Shown here: positions 8,846 to 17,760 of the stretch, piece after piece | Layout of the letters: each line of letters opens with the position of its first letter | Position numbering within the stretch: position 1 is the first letter of the stretch | The notes under the pieces: generated by a model | What the model saw: only the letters and a program-made list of their open reading frames with translations | What the model was told of the DNA's origin: nothing | Database searches by the model: none | NCBI GenBank assembly: GCA_041577295.1 | Contig: JBFGJG010000063.1 | Coordinates: forward strand, 1 to 20,548 | Source: Gemmatimonadales bacterium | GTDB lineage: Bacteria > Gemmatimonadota > Gemmatimonadetes > Gemmatimonadales > GWC2-71-9 | Direction of reading: 5' to 3' | DNA length: 20,548 nucleotides | Made by a program: the position numbers and the translations under genes

Positions 8846-8944
8846 GGGGGAGTTAAGGTGCTGCGCCCGTTCGCGCTTTGCCAGTTGGGATCGCTATTTT
8901 TGAGCGAGGAATGCACGAATCCCAATGCGACACGAGGGGGTACG

Positions 8945-9712
8945 ATGAACGAGAACGATGAGCCCGAGATTCAGCTCCCACCCCGCGTGAGTCGCCGTCG
9001 GGCGCTCGGTTTGCTTGGCACAGCGGGTGCCGCGGCGCTCACGGGCCGCCGGCTCCTGGCAAGCGAACACGGCGTAGTCTCAGGCGTCTATCACACGCTG
9101 GACTGTATTGCGACGCCGGAGCAGACCGAAGGCCCCTACTTCGTTGACGAAGGCTTGCACCGCGCCGACATCCGGCTCGATCCCACCACGAACGCCTTGA
9201 AGGAAGGGCTTCCGTTGCGGCTCCGAATCAACGTGAGTCGCGTTGAAGGAGCAGCGTGCGCGCCGCTCGAGGGGGCCATGGTCGACGTGTGGCAGTGCGA
9301 TGCGTTGGGAGTGTACTCGGGGGTGCGGGATTTTCAGGGCCTGTTCGACACCCGTGGTGAGCAGTTCCTCCGCGGGTATCAGGTCACGGACCGAAACGGC
9401 GCCACTGAGTTTGTCACCATCTACCCCGGCTGGTATCCTGGTCGCGCCGTACATATCCACTTCAAGGTTCGCGTGCCCGAGGGTACGAGGCGGAGTCGTG
9501 AGCTCACCTCGCAGCTGTATTTCGACGATGCCACCACCGATCAGGTATTCACGCAGGCACCGTACAACACGGTGGGGTCGCCGCGCGATACGCGCAACGA
9601 TCGCGACGGCATCTTTCGGCGTGGGAACAGCGGCTCGCAACTGCTACTGAACCTGACCCCCGATGCGAAGGGATACATCGGGACCTTCAACGTAGGACTG
9701 AGAATGGGGTGA
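8945..9712 (+). CDS. Tat-exported intradiol ring-cleavage dioxygenase
   Basis: SD GAGGGGG before ATG 8945, in frame with the 8579 ORF. Tat-like SRRRALGLLG. Motifs TEGPYF, VDVWQCDALGVY, FLRGYQVTD, TIYPGWYPGRAVHIHFKV and SQLYF supply the 2 Tyr + 2 His Fe(III) ligands. Confidence 0.88.
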   Translation: MNENDEPEIQLPPRVSRRRALGLLGTAGAAALTGRRLLASEHGVVSGVYHTLDCIATPEQTEGPYFVDEGLHRADIRLDPTTNALKEGLPLRLRINVSRVEGAACAPLEGAMVDVWQCDALGVYSGVRDFQGLFDTRGEQFLRGYQVTDRNGATEFVTIYPGWYPGRAVHIHFKVRVPEGTRRSRELTSQLYFDDATTDQVFTQAPYNTVGSPRDTRNDRDGIFRRGNSGSQLLLNLTPDAKGYIGTFNVGLRMG

Positions 9713-9717
9713 GGGGA

Positions 9718-9888
9718 GTGCGCTGCCCCCTCACCGACGTCGCGGCGCGCTACACCGAGGATCGGCGTGACAACTTCGACATCTACCTGCCTGAGTTCCT
9801 GGCCCGCCACAACAAGCTGATCTTCGGGGTGCTCTATGTCGCCGGGCTGCTCGTCCTGTTGGTACGGTGGACGGGGTGGCTCCGCTGA
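9718..9888 (+). pseudogene. Short membrane ORF (56 aa), probably the 3' remnant of a conserved hypothetical membrane protein gene
   Basis: Hand translation: VRCPLTDVAARYTEDRRDNFDIYLPEFLARHNKLIFGVLYVAGLLVLLVRWTGWLR*. High GC3 coding-like codon use. The CPLT...DNFDIYLP..LARHNK.IFG motif is recalled as the C-terminal half of longer membrane proteins. Below the ORF-track length cut-off. Confidence 0.6.
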
Positions 9889-10020
9889 GAGTGGTGTGAC
9901 TCGAGGCAGTGTCCGGGACCGCACGATCTCCATCTCGAACACTGATTCATCGGATCCTAGCCGTAACTTCACGACCAGAAGGATACGCTGGTTGATAAGG
10001 CTCATCTGCCGGAGGTTTGC

Positions 10021-10614
10021 GTGTCGGACGTCCTCATTGCGTATGTCACTGGCCACGGACACACGAAGAAGGTCGTGGACCGGATGGCCAAGAGACTGGC
10101 CGAATCGGGAATCGATGTCGCCGTCTGGAGGGCTGACTACATGCCGCCGGATGCGTTGTCAGACGCCGACGCGGCAATGGTCGCCGGGTCCGTCAAGTGG
10201 GGGCGGCACCGACGCTCCCTCCGCGACTACGTGCGGAACCACGTCGAGCCACTGAACGCCATGCCGTCGGCCTTCATCTCGGTATGCGGAGCACTTGGCG
10301 GGTCGTGGGCTCGGGGCCCGCAGGAGGCACAGAAGTACGTCGATCACTTCGTGAAGCAGACCGGTTGGAAGCCAGGCTTGGTGACCTCGGTTGCCGGCGA
10401 CCTACCGTATACCGAGTACGGCCCGTTCACCCGCTGGTTCATGAAGCTCGTCAGTCTGCGCATCGGTCGGCCCACCGACACCTCGCGCGACTGGGAGTTC
10501 ACGGATTGGGATGCGGTGGATGGCTTCGCGGACGAGTTCGCCCAAACACTGAGGAGCATCGAGGCGGTCACAAAGCTAGGCGCTGGCTCCTCCTTGCCTG
10601 GGCGAGCCTCCTGA
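10021..10614 (+). CDS. hemG: Flavodoxin-like menaquinone-dependent protoporphyrinogen IX dehydrogenase (HemG family)
   Basis: SD GGAGG at 10011-10015 before GTG. FMN loop YVTGHGHTKKV. Motifs PSAFISV, TGWKP, AGDLPYTEY and TDTSRDWEFTDWDAVDGFA. Confidence 0.85.
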   Translation: MSDVLIAYVTGHGHTKKVVDRMAKRLAESGIDVAVWRADYMPPDALSDADAAMVAGSVKWGRHRRSLRDYVRNHVEPLNAMPSAFISVCGALGGSWARGPQEAQKYVDHFVKQTGWKPGLVTSVAGDLPYTEYGPFTRWFMKLVSLRIGRPTDTSRDWEFTDWDAVDGFADEFAQTLRSIEAVTKLGAGSSLPGRAS

Positions 10615-10651
10615 TTCCCATTGTCGGGTTGTGGATACGCGGGTAGAAGCG

Positions 10652-10676
10652 AATCAGCAATCCGCAATCAACAATG
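10652..10676. repeat. Half copy of the heptamer element between convergent genes
   Basis: AATCAGC AATCCGC AATCAAC AATG abuts the stop codon (10677-10679) of the minus-strand lipoprotein. Confidence 0.7.
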
Positions 10677-11981
10677 CTATCTTGGCTCTCGCCCTCCCTG
10701 TAACAACGTCGCCCGCGACGCTCCCGGTCCCGCGTTCCTCACCACCCCGCCCATCACCGCCACCTGAGCCGCTGTCGGCTCCACCACCTGAACCCCCACG
10801 GAATCAGACTGATTAAAGCTGGCTGCCCGAATCGAGACGAAACCGGCCTGCACACCTGTCACCCCGACCCATTCTCGTACCGGCGCGCTTCCGTCTTGCG
10901 GATCCGCGAGCGTGACGAGATCCGCCGGCCACGCGTTCCAGGACACCGGCTGACCGCTCAGCGTATCGCCGTTCACGTCGAGCACCACTGCACGCAGCAC
11001 GATCTCCTTGCCGATCTCGACCGAGCTCGACCCCACGATGTCGAGCGAGGCGGGCTCCGTCGCGGGCAATGCGAGATCGACTCTCGTCCGTTCGCCAATG
11101 GAAACGTTCACGTTCGTAACCGTCGCCGAGCCTGCTTGTACGGCGCTCGGTGGCGCGGCCAGTACGATGTACGATCCGACAATGAGAAAGTCGATCAGGA
11201 ATGTGCCCGCCGCATCCGTCCGGCCGGTGGCCACCGTGCTCCACGTCAACGGCCCAGACGTGGGATCGCCCATCATGACGGCGACGCTCGCCTTCTCGAC
11301 CGGCTCGAGATCGCCATCGCCATCTAGGTCCGCGGTGACCGTCCCCTCGATGCCACCCGTGCCCGCCGAGTTCACCGCACGGATCCATGAGAGAAACACG
11401 AAGTACCCATCCGGCGGATTCGTGCTCAGCGTGTCGGCACCGGCGTCGATGAACTGAAAGCTTCGCCCCACGTCGAAATCGATCACCACGTTCATCTCGG
11501 TCCCAGGCGCGTACGAGGCCAATGCGTCCTGTACCAGCGCATGGAGTGCCAGCTCTCCCACCACCGGCCACCGCACCGTGGCATCGGTGCCGTCGTTCAA
11601 GGTGACCGAGGACAGCTCGGTGTCGATGACCAAACGCACCGCGTTGTACTGTCCAGCGGGGATGGCCTTCTCGCCGATGATGGCGGTGACGCCGCGTTGC
11701 AGGCCGAGCAGGTCAAACGTCTGCCGCGGCGTCGCGATGTTCGTCCACTCCACGGTGCCGGCCAAAGTGTCCAGGCTCTCCGTTGCGTCGACGCTCACGA
11801 TGTGGATGTCCACCCGTGAAACCCGGTCGAACGGAAACGGGGAATCCGTCAGCCGTACGCGTGCGGTGACCGCGTCAGGGTTCTCTCCGCTGGGCGTCCC
11901 GTCACAAGCGCCGGCAAATGCAAGCAACACTAGCGCAATGAAGTGACTCAGTGCACGTCGCCGAGCGTCAGGGGCTTTCAT
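10677..11981 (-). CDS. DUF4382-domain lipoprotein with carboxypeptidase-regulatory-like and Ig-like domains
   Basis: ATG 11981 with GGAGA upstream (11991-11995). Signal plus lipobox LVLLAFAGA|C. DUF4382 motifs VRLTDSP, FDLLGLQ, IPAGQYNAVRL and VVIDFDVGRSF. Then GGIEGTV...TDAAGTF with a DLDGDGD loop, and an Ig-like segment (LRAVVLDVNGDTLSGQPVSW). Confidence 0.82.
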   Translation of the reverse strand: MKAPDARRRALSHFIALVLLAFAGACDGTPSGENPDAVTARVRLTDSPFPFDRVSRVDIHIVSVDATESLDTLAGTVEWTNIATPRQTFDLLGLQRGVTAIIGEKAIPAGQYNAVRLVIDTELSSVTLNDGTDATVRWPVVGELALHALVQDALASYAPGTEMNVVIDFDVGRSFQFIDAGADTLSTNPPDGYFVFLSWIRAVNSAGTGGIEGTVTADLDGDGDLEPVEKASVAVMMGDPTSGPLTWSTVATGRTDAAGTFLIDFLIVGSYIVLAAPPSAVQAGSATVTNVNVSIGERTRVDLALPATEPASLDIVGSSSVEIGKEIVLRAVVLDVNGDTLSGQPVSWNAWPADLVTLADPQDGSAPVREWVGVTGVQAGFVSIRAASFNQSDSVGVQVVEPTAAQVAVMGGVVRNAGPGASRATLLQGGREPR

Positions 11982-12064
11982 CGCTTCTATTCTCCAGGGT
12001 GAGTTGCCGGGTCCGGCCGGTCCCGATCCTCTTAACAATACCCTGGGTGAGGTGCAAAGGTCAC

Positions 12065-12176
12065 GGGAGAGTGCAGAGTGCAGATCGCAGATTTCAGATT
12101 GACGATTCAGAGTGTTACCGATGAGCGTTGTTCGTCCTCCAATCTGCGATCTGCACTCTGCACTCTGCACTCTCCC
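12065..12176. repeat. Heptamer-built palindromic element, copy 2 (best preserved), in a divergent intergenic region
   Basis: Perfect 26-bp inverted repeat AGAGTGCAGAGTGCAGATCGCAGATT (12068-12093) / AATCTGCGATCTGCACTCTGCACTCT (12141-12166). An alternative register shifted by one heptad pairs GGGAGAGTGCAG... with ...CTGCACTCTCCC. Confidence 0.9.
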
Positions 12177-12389
12177 ACCTCCTGTTTGCCCCACGCAGGC
12201 CCTCCCATACCTTTATATAAGTGTGCTGGAGAGTAACAGGGGTAGGGCGGGACTCCTCACTGCCCACATCGCACTCCGGACTGCATTTACGACATCTTCA
12301 CGCTGCACCTGGCGGGCGGCGGTGGTGGAATTGCTATTATGGATGGGGAGCCAGGAAAGGCGGCGTCATGGTAGACCGGTTAAGCATTC

Positions 12390-12417
12390 AATCCGCAATC
12401 AACAATCAACAATCCGT
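12390..12417. repeat. Half copy of the heptamer element upstream of a kinase gene
   Basis: AATCCGC AATCAAC AATCAAC AATCCGT, ending 19 nt before GTG 12437. Confidence 0.75.
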
Positions 12418-12436
12418 CGTCCCCTCGTAACTAGCC

Positions 12437-15346
12437 GTGTCCCCCGATCCCACCGCCACCGACCTCGACCGCATCCAGGCCGCCCTGGGCGAGGACTATC
12501 GGCTCGAGCGCGAGGTGGGTCGCGGCGGCATGGCGACGGTCTACCTTGCGCACGACCGCAAGCACGACCGCCAGGTTGCCGTCAAGGTGTTCCACCCAAA
12601 CCTCGCCGCTACCCTTGGCGCGTCGCGGTTCCTGCAGGAGATCCGGGTCGCCGCCCAGTTCCAACACCCGCACATCCTGACGCTGATCGATTCGGGAGAG
12701 GCCGAGGGCTTTCTGTACTACGTCATGCCATATGTGGCGGGCGATTCGCTCCGCGCTCGGCTGTCGAAGGATGGCGCGCTCCCCGTCATCGAGGCTGTGC
12801 GCGTGCTGCGCGACGTGGTAGATGCTCTCGCCCACGCCCACGCCCACGGCGTCGTCCACCGCGACATCAAGCCGGACAACGTGCTGTTCTCGGAACGGCA
12901 CGCCATGGTCACGGATTTTGGCGTGGCCAAGGCGGTGAGCGAAGGAACGCGCCAACCAAACTTGACCACGGCGGGGATGGCCCTTGGAACCCCGGCGTAC
13001 ATGTCGCCGGAACAAGCAGCGGCCGATCCAAACATCGATCACCGCGCCGACATCTACGCCGTCGGCATTCTGGGCTATGAGCTGCTGACCGGGCAAACCC
13101 CGTTTGAGCGCGACACCGCGGCGGCGGTGCTCACCGCGCACCTGACCGAAACACCGCCGCCCGTCCGCACCCAACGACCCGAGGTCCCCGCGCAGCTCGA
13201 GGCGCTCATCATGCAGTGCCTCGAGAAAGACCCAGCGCAGCGCTGGCAGACTGCCGAGGAGCTGCGCAATCGGCTGGACGTGCTGGTTACACCCAGCGGC
13301 GGCATCACCCCCACCGACACTCGGCCCCTGACCGCGCTCGCCTCACGCAAGCGTCGCATGCCGGTCGCCCTGGCCGGTGCGTTCGTTGCTGCACTCGCGG
13401 CGGTCTTCTGGCTGCGGCCATCCTCGAACACCGCAGTCGACCGTGCCGTGCTGGCCGTCGCCCCGTTTGACGTGCTCGGACCAAATCTCGAGGTGTGGGG
13501 CGAAGGTGTGGCGGATCTGCTCGCCGCCATGCTCGACGGCGCCGGTTCCGTACGGACGGTTCCGCCGTCGGTGGTCCACCGCCACTGGAACGGCCGGGCG
13601 GATCCCGCGGCGGCGACTGCGCTTGGCGAGCAGGTGGGTTCGGGGCTCGCGGTGTACGGCCGCATCGTTGCCGAAGGGAGTGACTCGGTGCGGCTAACCG
13701 CGACCCTGTTCGACGTCGCACAGGGGACCCGCATCCGCGATTTCGAGATCCGTGGCAAGGCGAGTCGTGTGCCCGATCTTGCCGACACGCTCGCCGTGCG
13801 CCTGATGGCAGAGCTCACGAGCGCATCTGACGCGGGTGCGACGCGTCTTGGCTCGCTAGGGTCGAGCTCGCCGACGGCCATCAAAGCCTTTCTGCAGGGT
13901 GAGCAGCACTATCGTCGGAACGAGCTCGATTCGGCGCAGGCGTTTTACGAAGAGGCGGTTGCGGCAGACAGCACGTTTGCGCTGGCGCTCAACCGCCTGG
14001 GCACTGTGCTGGGATGGTTTGCGCGCCAAACCGAAAGCGACGCGATGGCGCTGCGGGCCGCAGCGTTCAACCGGGGCCTCGCACCGCGGGAGAGCCTGCT
14101 CATCGTCGCCGACTCGCTCGCCGCGGCGGTCGCGACCGATCTCCCGCCGGACTCGACCACCCTCAGGCTATTCCAACGGCTGTTCGCCACTCTCGAGCTG
14201 CTCGACAGGCGCTATCCCAACGATGCGCAGGTCCAGTACCTCCTCGGAGAAGCACACGCGCATTCCGGCTGGGCGACCGGCTCGACTGAACGGCAAGCGA
14301 TGGAGGCATTTGCCCGCCTGGTGCAGCTCGACTCGACTTTTGCGCCCGCGTACTTCCACCTGATCGAGTTTCGCTTTCGGTTCGACCAGGTTGCGGCAGC
14401 ACGCCGTGATTTGGCGGCGTACCTCGCACTCGACCCGGGGGCACCACACGGCCAGGCCGGGGTGCTGCTCGACCAGCTCCTCGACATCCCGCGTGCCGAT
14501 TCGCTGCGTGCCTACGCGCTCATCGACACGGTACAGGCTGACGTCATGCAGGCGATGTGGGGCTTCGTGCACGGGCTCACAGATTCTGTCGAGACGGCCA
14601 CGCGGATCACGCGCAGGCTCGCCCGGACAGATCCAAATAGAACCCGGATCCTCGTGTGGCAGCTAAGCGCTCGAGGACAGCTGCAAGAGGCTTATGAGAT
14701 CCTTCGCGACCGCGCAGTTGGTGGCTATTTCGCGCAGTATCTCTTCGCCGAACTCGCCCTCCTGGGTGGTGTGCCGGACGCGACGGCGGCGGAGCGATTC
14801 GAAAGGTGGCTCACTGCGCGCGACTGGGGCGCCCTGGTGCACGCAGTGCCCTGGTGGGCCGACACCGGTGACACGCTCTCGATCACCCGAATGATTCGTG
14901 CAGCGCGTGCCGTGATGGGGGAGGAAGCAACCGAGCCGATGACCCGCGCGTGGCTCACGTATCGTGTGCCAGAGGCCGAAGCGTATCTTGCTCTCGCGCA
15001 CCGTGACCAGGACGCTGCGCTGCGCGCGTTCGAGCGACTTCCTGAGCCCCGCTGCTCCTACTGCTTCTGGGAACGCCTCACCAAGGCCCGGCTGCTTGCC
15101 GCGGCTGGTCGCGATGCCGAGGCGGTGAGGATACTCGACGGCATGTACGTACCGTGGGGCGCTATTCGGCCCGCCGACGGGCTGTGGACCCTGGAGCGCG
15201 CACGCGCGCACGAGCGGCTTGGCAACACTGAACGGGCGATCTACGACTATGGTCGGCTGATCGATATGTGGAGATATGCGGACTCTACGCTGAGCCCGCT
15301 CATTAATGAGGCGCGGGAGGCGAGGCGGAGGTTGGGCGGGTTGTAG
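12437..15346 (+). CDS. Receptor-type Hanks Ser/Thr protein kinase with TM helix, TolB-N-like domain and TPR-like helical repeats
   Basis: GRGGMATVY, VAVK, HRDIKPDN, DFG, GTPAYMSPEQ and DIYAVG. TM segment MPVALAGAFVAALAAVFWL. LAVAPFDV domain followed by TPR-like repeats (AIKAFLQGEQHY...AVAADSTFALA). Confidence 0.92.
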   Translation: MSPDPTATDLDRIQAALGEDYRLEREVGRGGMATVYLAHDRKHDRQVAVKVFHPNLAATLGASRFLQEIRVAAQFQHPHILTLIDSGEAEGFLYYVMPYVAGDSLRARLSKDGALPVIEAVRVLRDVVDALAHAHAHGVVHRDIKPDNVLFSERHAMVTDFGVAKAVSEGTRQPNLTTAGMALGTPAYMSPEQAAADPNIDHRADIYAVGILGYELLTGQTPFERDTAAAVLTAHLTETPPPVRTQRPEVPAQLEALIMQCLEKDPAQRWQTAEELRNRLDVLVTPSGGITPTDTRPLTALASRKRRMPVALAGAFVAALAAVFWLRPSSNTAVDRAVLAVAPFDVLGPNLEVWGEGVADLLAAMLDGAGSVRTVPPSVVHRHWNGRADPAAATALGEQVGSGLAVYGRIVAEGSDSVRLTATLFDVAQGTRIRDFEIRGKASRVPDLADTLAVRLMAELTSASDAGATRLGSLGSSSPTAIKAFLQGEQHYRRNELDSAQAFYEEAVAADSTFALALNRLGTVLGWFARQTESDAMALRAAAFNRGLAPRESLLIVADSLAAAVATDLPPDSTTLRLFQRLFATLELLDRRYPNDAQVQYLLGEAHAHSGWATGSTERQAMEAFARLVQLDSTFAPAYFHLIEFRFRFDQVAAARRDLAAYLALDPGAPHGQAGVLLDQLLDIPRADSLRAYALIDTVQADVMQAMWGFVHGLTDSVETATRITRRLARTDPNRTRILVWQLSARGQLQEAYEILRDRAVGGYFAQYLFAELALLGGVPDATAAERFERWLTARDWGALVHAVPWWADTGDTLSITRMIRAARAVMGEEATEPMTRAWLTYRVPEAEAYLALAHRDQDAALRAFERLPEPRCSYCFWERLTKARLLAAAGRDAEAVRILDGMYVPWGAIRPADGLWTLERARAHERLGNTERAIYDYGRLIDMWRYADSTLSPLINEAREARRRLGGL

Positions 15347-15439
15347 GAACAGGAGTGGCAGGAGATTCGGAGGCGCCCGTCCGCCCCCAGCTGCGTTACT
15401 CTACAAGTCTTCTCTACCACGTTACTCTTCCTTTTACAC

Positions 15440-15979
15440 ATGAACATGCAATCCAACAGACCACACGACTCCTTCAGCGCGGCCGGGGTGACCTTCGCCA
15501 AGCCAGCCGAGCTCACTCCGCGGCTCGCATCCTTTGGCGCGGTGGAAGTCGTCCGCCTAGGAAGTCCCTCGCACCGCATGGAACTCAACCTCATGGTGGG
15601 GCCCCTGATGGACGTGGTCAAAATTGCCACATCCACCAAGATCTCGTTTCATCCACCCGAGGGTGGCGGCCTCACGGAGGAAGCTGCACGCACCGTTGGC
15701 AATCTGTTCTTGAGCGCGCTCGAGGCTGACTCCGTACTGAGTACCCGCGCTGAGGTAAAGACATTCCTCGACGAGGGAGGCACCACACCACACGGTTACC
15801 CCTACGCCGTGAAGGGCTTCACCTGCATGCCGGACAACAGTGTGGCCCAGTGCGCTGTAATGATCTTTCACCCCGATCGCCCCACGGTTGCCGTGGTTGC
15901 GTACAGAGGAAACGTGCAGCATCAGGAGGAGATGGAGGGATGGCGGGGGGAGATTGTGGGAAGCCTAGTCTTCGACTGA
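15440..15979 (+). CDS. Hypothetical protein (possible PsbP/Mog1-like fold)
   Basis: 179-aa ORF filling the gap between the kinase and the repeat element. No recognisable catalytic motif. Start could be 15440 or 15446. Confidence 0.6.
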   Translation: MNMQSNRPHDSFSAAGVTFAKPAELTPRLASFGAVEVVRLGSPSHRMELNLMVGPLMDVVKIATSTKISFHPPEGGGLTEEAARTVGNLFLSALEADSVLSTRAEVKTFLDEGGTTPHGYPYAVKGFTCMPDNSVAQCAVMIFHPDRPTVAVVAYRGNVQHQEEMEGWRGEIVGSLVFD

Positions 15980-15988
15980 AAGGTTTGG

Positions 15989-16112
15989 GAGTGCAGAGTG
16001 CAGAGTGAATCTTTTCTGATTGACCTACGGCAATGCTCCCATTCGTTCGTTCTATCTTCTATCTTCGAGCTTCGACTCTCAATCTGAAATCTCCAATCTG
16101 CGATCTGCACTC
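15989..16112. repeat. Heptamer-built palindromic element, copy 3
   Basis: 9-bp terminal inverted repeat GAGTGCAGA / TCTGCACTC. Right arm is a continuous 7-nt ladder TATCTTC TATCTTC GAGCTTC GACTCTC AATCTGA AATCTCC AATCTGC GATCTGC ACTC, ending 2 nt before the phoD ATG. Confidence 0.85.
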
Positions 16113-16114
16113 AT

Positions 16115-17650
16115 ATGATCCCTCGCCGCTCCTTTCTCACCCAGCTCTCGGCCTTCGGCCTCGGCCTCGCAGGTGTCCGCCGGCATCCGTTCATTCGGCA
16201 GCCGCGATTCGATACTGACCCATTCACATTGGGCGTCGCCTCGGGTGATCCAGCGCCAGATGGTGTCGTGCTGTGGACGCGACTCGCTCCCGATCCGCTG
16301 CGTGGTGGCGGGCTGGATCCCGAGAACATCGAGGTGCGCTGGGAAGTTGCCGAAGACGAGGGAATGCGGCGCATCGTGGAAAAGGGCTCGAGCACCGCAA
16401 CCCCTGATCTGGGTCACTCGGTGCACGTCGAAGTACAGCGGCTCGATCCGGGCCGTTGGTACTGGTATCGCTTTCACGCAGGAGGAGCGACGAGCCCCGT
16501 TGGCCGCACCCGCACGGCACCGTCCGCAGGGGCACCAGTAGACCGGTTGCGATTTGCGTTCGCCTCCTGCCAGCACTACGAGGACGGGTACTATACGGCG
16601 TATCGTCACATGGCCAACGAGGATCTGGATCTCGTGGTGCACTTGGGCGACTACATCTACGAGCGGGGTGGCGACCGTGATCGCATCCGCATGCATACGT
16701 ACGGTGAGATCATCAGCTTGGAGAACTATCGTAACCGCTACGCGCTGTACCGGGCAGACCCCGATCTCCAGGCCGCCCATCAGGCGTTTCCCTGGATTCT
16801 CACGTGGGACGATCACGAAGTCGATAACAACTACGCCGCGGATGTGCCCGAGGACGAGCAACGTCGCGACGCGTTCCTTCTGCGGCGTGCAGCTGCCTAC
16901 CAGGCCTACTACGAGCACATGCCGCTGCGCCGGAGCTCGATGCCGCGCGGCCCGGACATGCAGCTCTACCGGCAGATCGCATTCGGGAACCTGGCCCGGC
17001 TCTTCGTGCTCGATACCCGGCAGTACCGAAGTGATCAGCCCTGCGGTGACGGGCTCAAGATGGCCTGTCCCGAGATGTACAACCCCGCGGCCACGCTGCT
17101 CGGCGCCGACCAGGAATCGTGGCTCTTCAGCTCGCTCGATTCGTCAAACGCCCAATGGAACGTCCTCGCGCAGCAAGTCCTCATGGCCCGGCTCGACTCC
17201 GCTGCCGGACCCGAGCTCGAGCTCTATATGGACAACTGGAACGGCTACGACGTCGCTCGGCAACGCGTCTTGGATTTCCTTGGCACTCGCAAGCCGTCCA
17301 ACCCCGTAGTCCTGACCGGCGATATCCACTCACACTGGGTGTGTGACCTGAAGCAGGACTTCAACGATGCCGAGTCCGCAACCGTAGGGACCGAGTTTGC
17401 CGGGACATCAATCAGCTCTGAAGGTGACGGGCGCGATGCGTGGAGAGGCGCTCCTACGATCCTTGCAGAAAACCCGTGGGTCAAGTACCACATCGCTCGT
17501 CGTGGTTACGTAAGCTGCGAGGTCACTCCCGACGAGTGGACAGCGCACTACCGCATCGTCCCCTATGTGTCGCAACCAGACGCACCGCTCGAAACGCCAG
17601 CCCGGTTCGTTGTGGAGAACGGACGAGCGGGGGCAGAGAGAAGCGGTTAA
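16115..17650 (+). CDS. phoD: Alkaline phosphatase D family protein, Tat-exported
   Basis: Tat motif PRRSFL. Motifs [46 protein letters not shown] and LTGDIH. Confidence 0.95.
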   Translation: MIPRRSFLTQLSAFGLGLAGVRRHPFIRQPRFDTDPFTLGVASGDPAPDGVVLWTRLAPDPLRGGGLDPENIEVRWEVAEDEGMRRIVEKGSSTATPDLGHSVHVEVQRLDPGRWYWYRFHAGGATSPVGRTRTAPSAGAPVDRLRFAFASCQHYEDGYYTAYRHMANEDLDLVVHLGDYIYERGGDRDRIRMHTYGEIISLENYRNRYALYRADPDLQAAHQAFPWILTWDDHEVDNNYAADVPEDEQRRDAFLLRRAAAYQAYYEHMPLRRSSMPRGPDMQLYRQIAFGNLARLFVLDTRQYRSDQPCGDGLKMACPEMYNPAATLLGADQESWLFSSLDSSNAQWNVLAQQVLMARLDSAAGPELELYMDNWNGYDVARQRVLDFLGTRKPSNPVVLTGDIHSHWVCDLKQDFNDAESATVGTEFAGTSISSEGDGRDAWRGAPTILAENPWVKYHIARRGYVSCEVTPDEWTAHYRIVPYVSQPDAPLETPARFVVENGRAGAERSG

Positions 17651-17747
17651 AGAGTGCAGATTGCTCAGTGCAGATCTCAGATTGAGATTGCCACTCTTCC
17701 CATCCTCTATATTGACAGCTCACTCTGCACTCTGCACTCTGCACTCT
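17651..17747. repeat. Heptamer-built palindromic element, copy 4
   Basis: Starts immediately after the phoD TAA. 10-bp terminal inverted repeat AGAGTGCAGA / TCTGCACTCT. (CACTCTG)x3 at 17721-17741. Confidence 0.85.
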
Positions 17748-17760
17748 CTAGCGTCGCGCC

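Noticed and set aside
8579..8944. N-terminal extension of the dioxygenase ORF (377 aa)
   Set aside because: It overlaps the kinase-BRCT gene antisense. The SD and Tat signal indicate a start at 8945.
9992..10005. FNR-like box TTGAT-AAGG-CTCAT before hemG
   Set aside because: The second half-site is imperfect and it lies only about 15 nt from the start codon, too close for an activator site.
11982..12194. N-terminal extension of the DUF4382 ORF (505 aa)
   Set aside because: It is translated heptamer repeat (QSAECRSQI...ICDLHSAL). The lipoprotein signal begins at 11981.
15922..16110. Short ORFs containing SAECR/LCTLHS/ICDLHS peptides (also 12112-13080, 17523-17744, 20256-20492)
   Set aside because: These are artefacts of stop-free heptamer repeats, often overlapping real genes.
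17682..17715. Sigma-70 promoter in the loop of element copy 4 (TATATT at 17708-17713)
   Set aside because: Candidate -35 hexamers are spaced 14 or 20 nt away, so it cannot be supported without TSS data.
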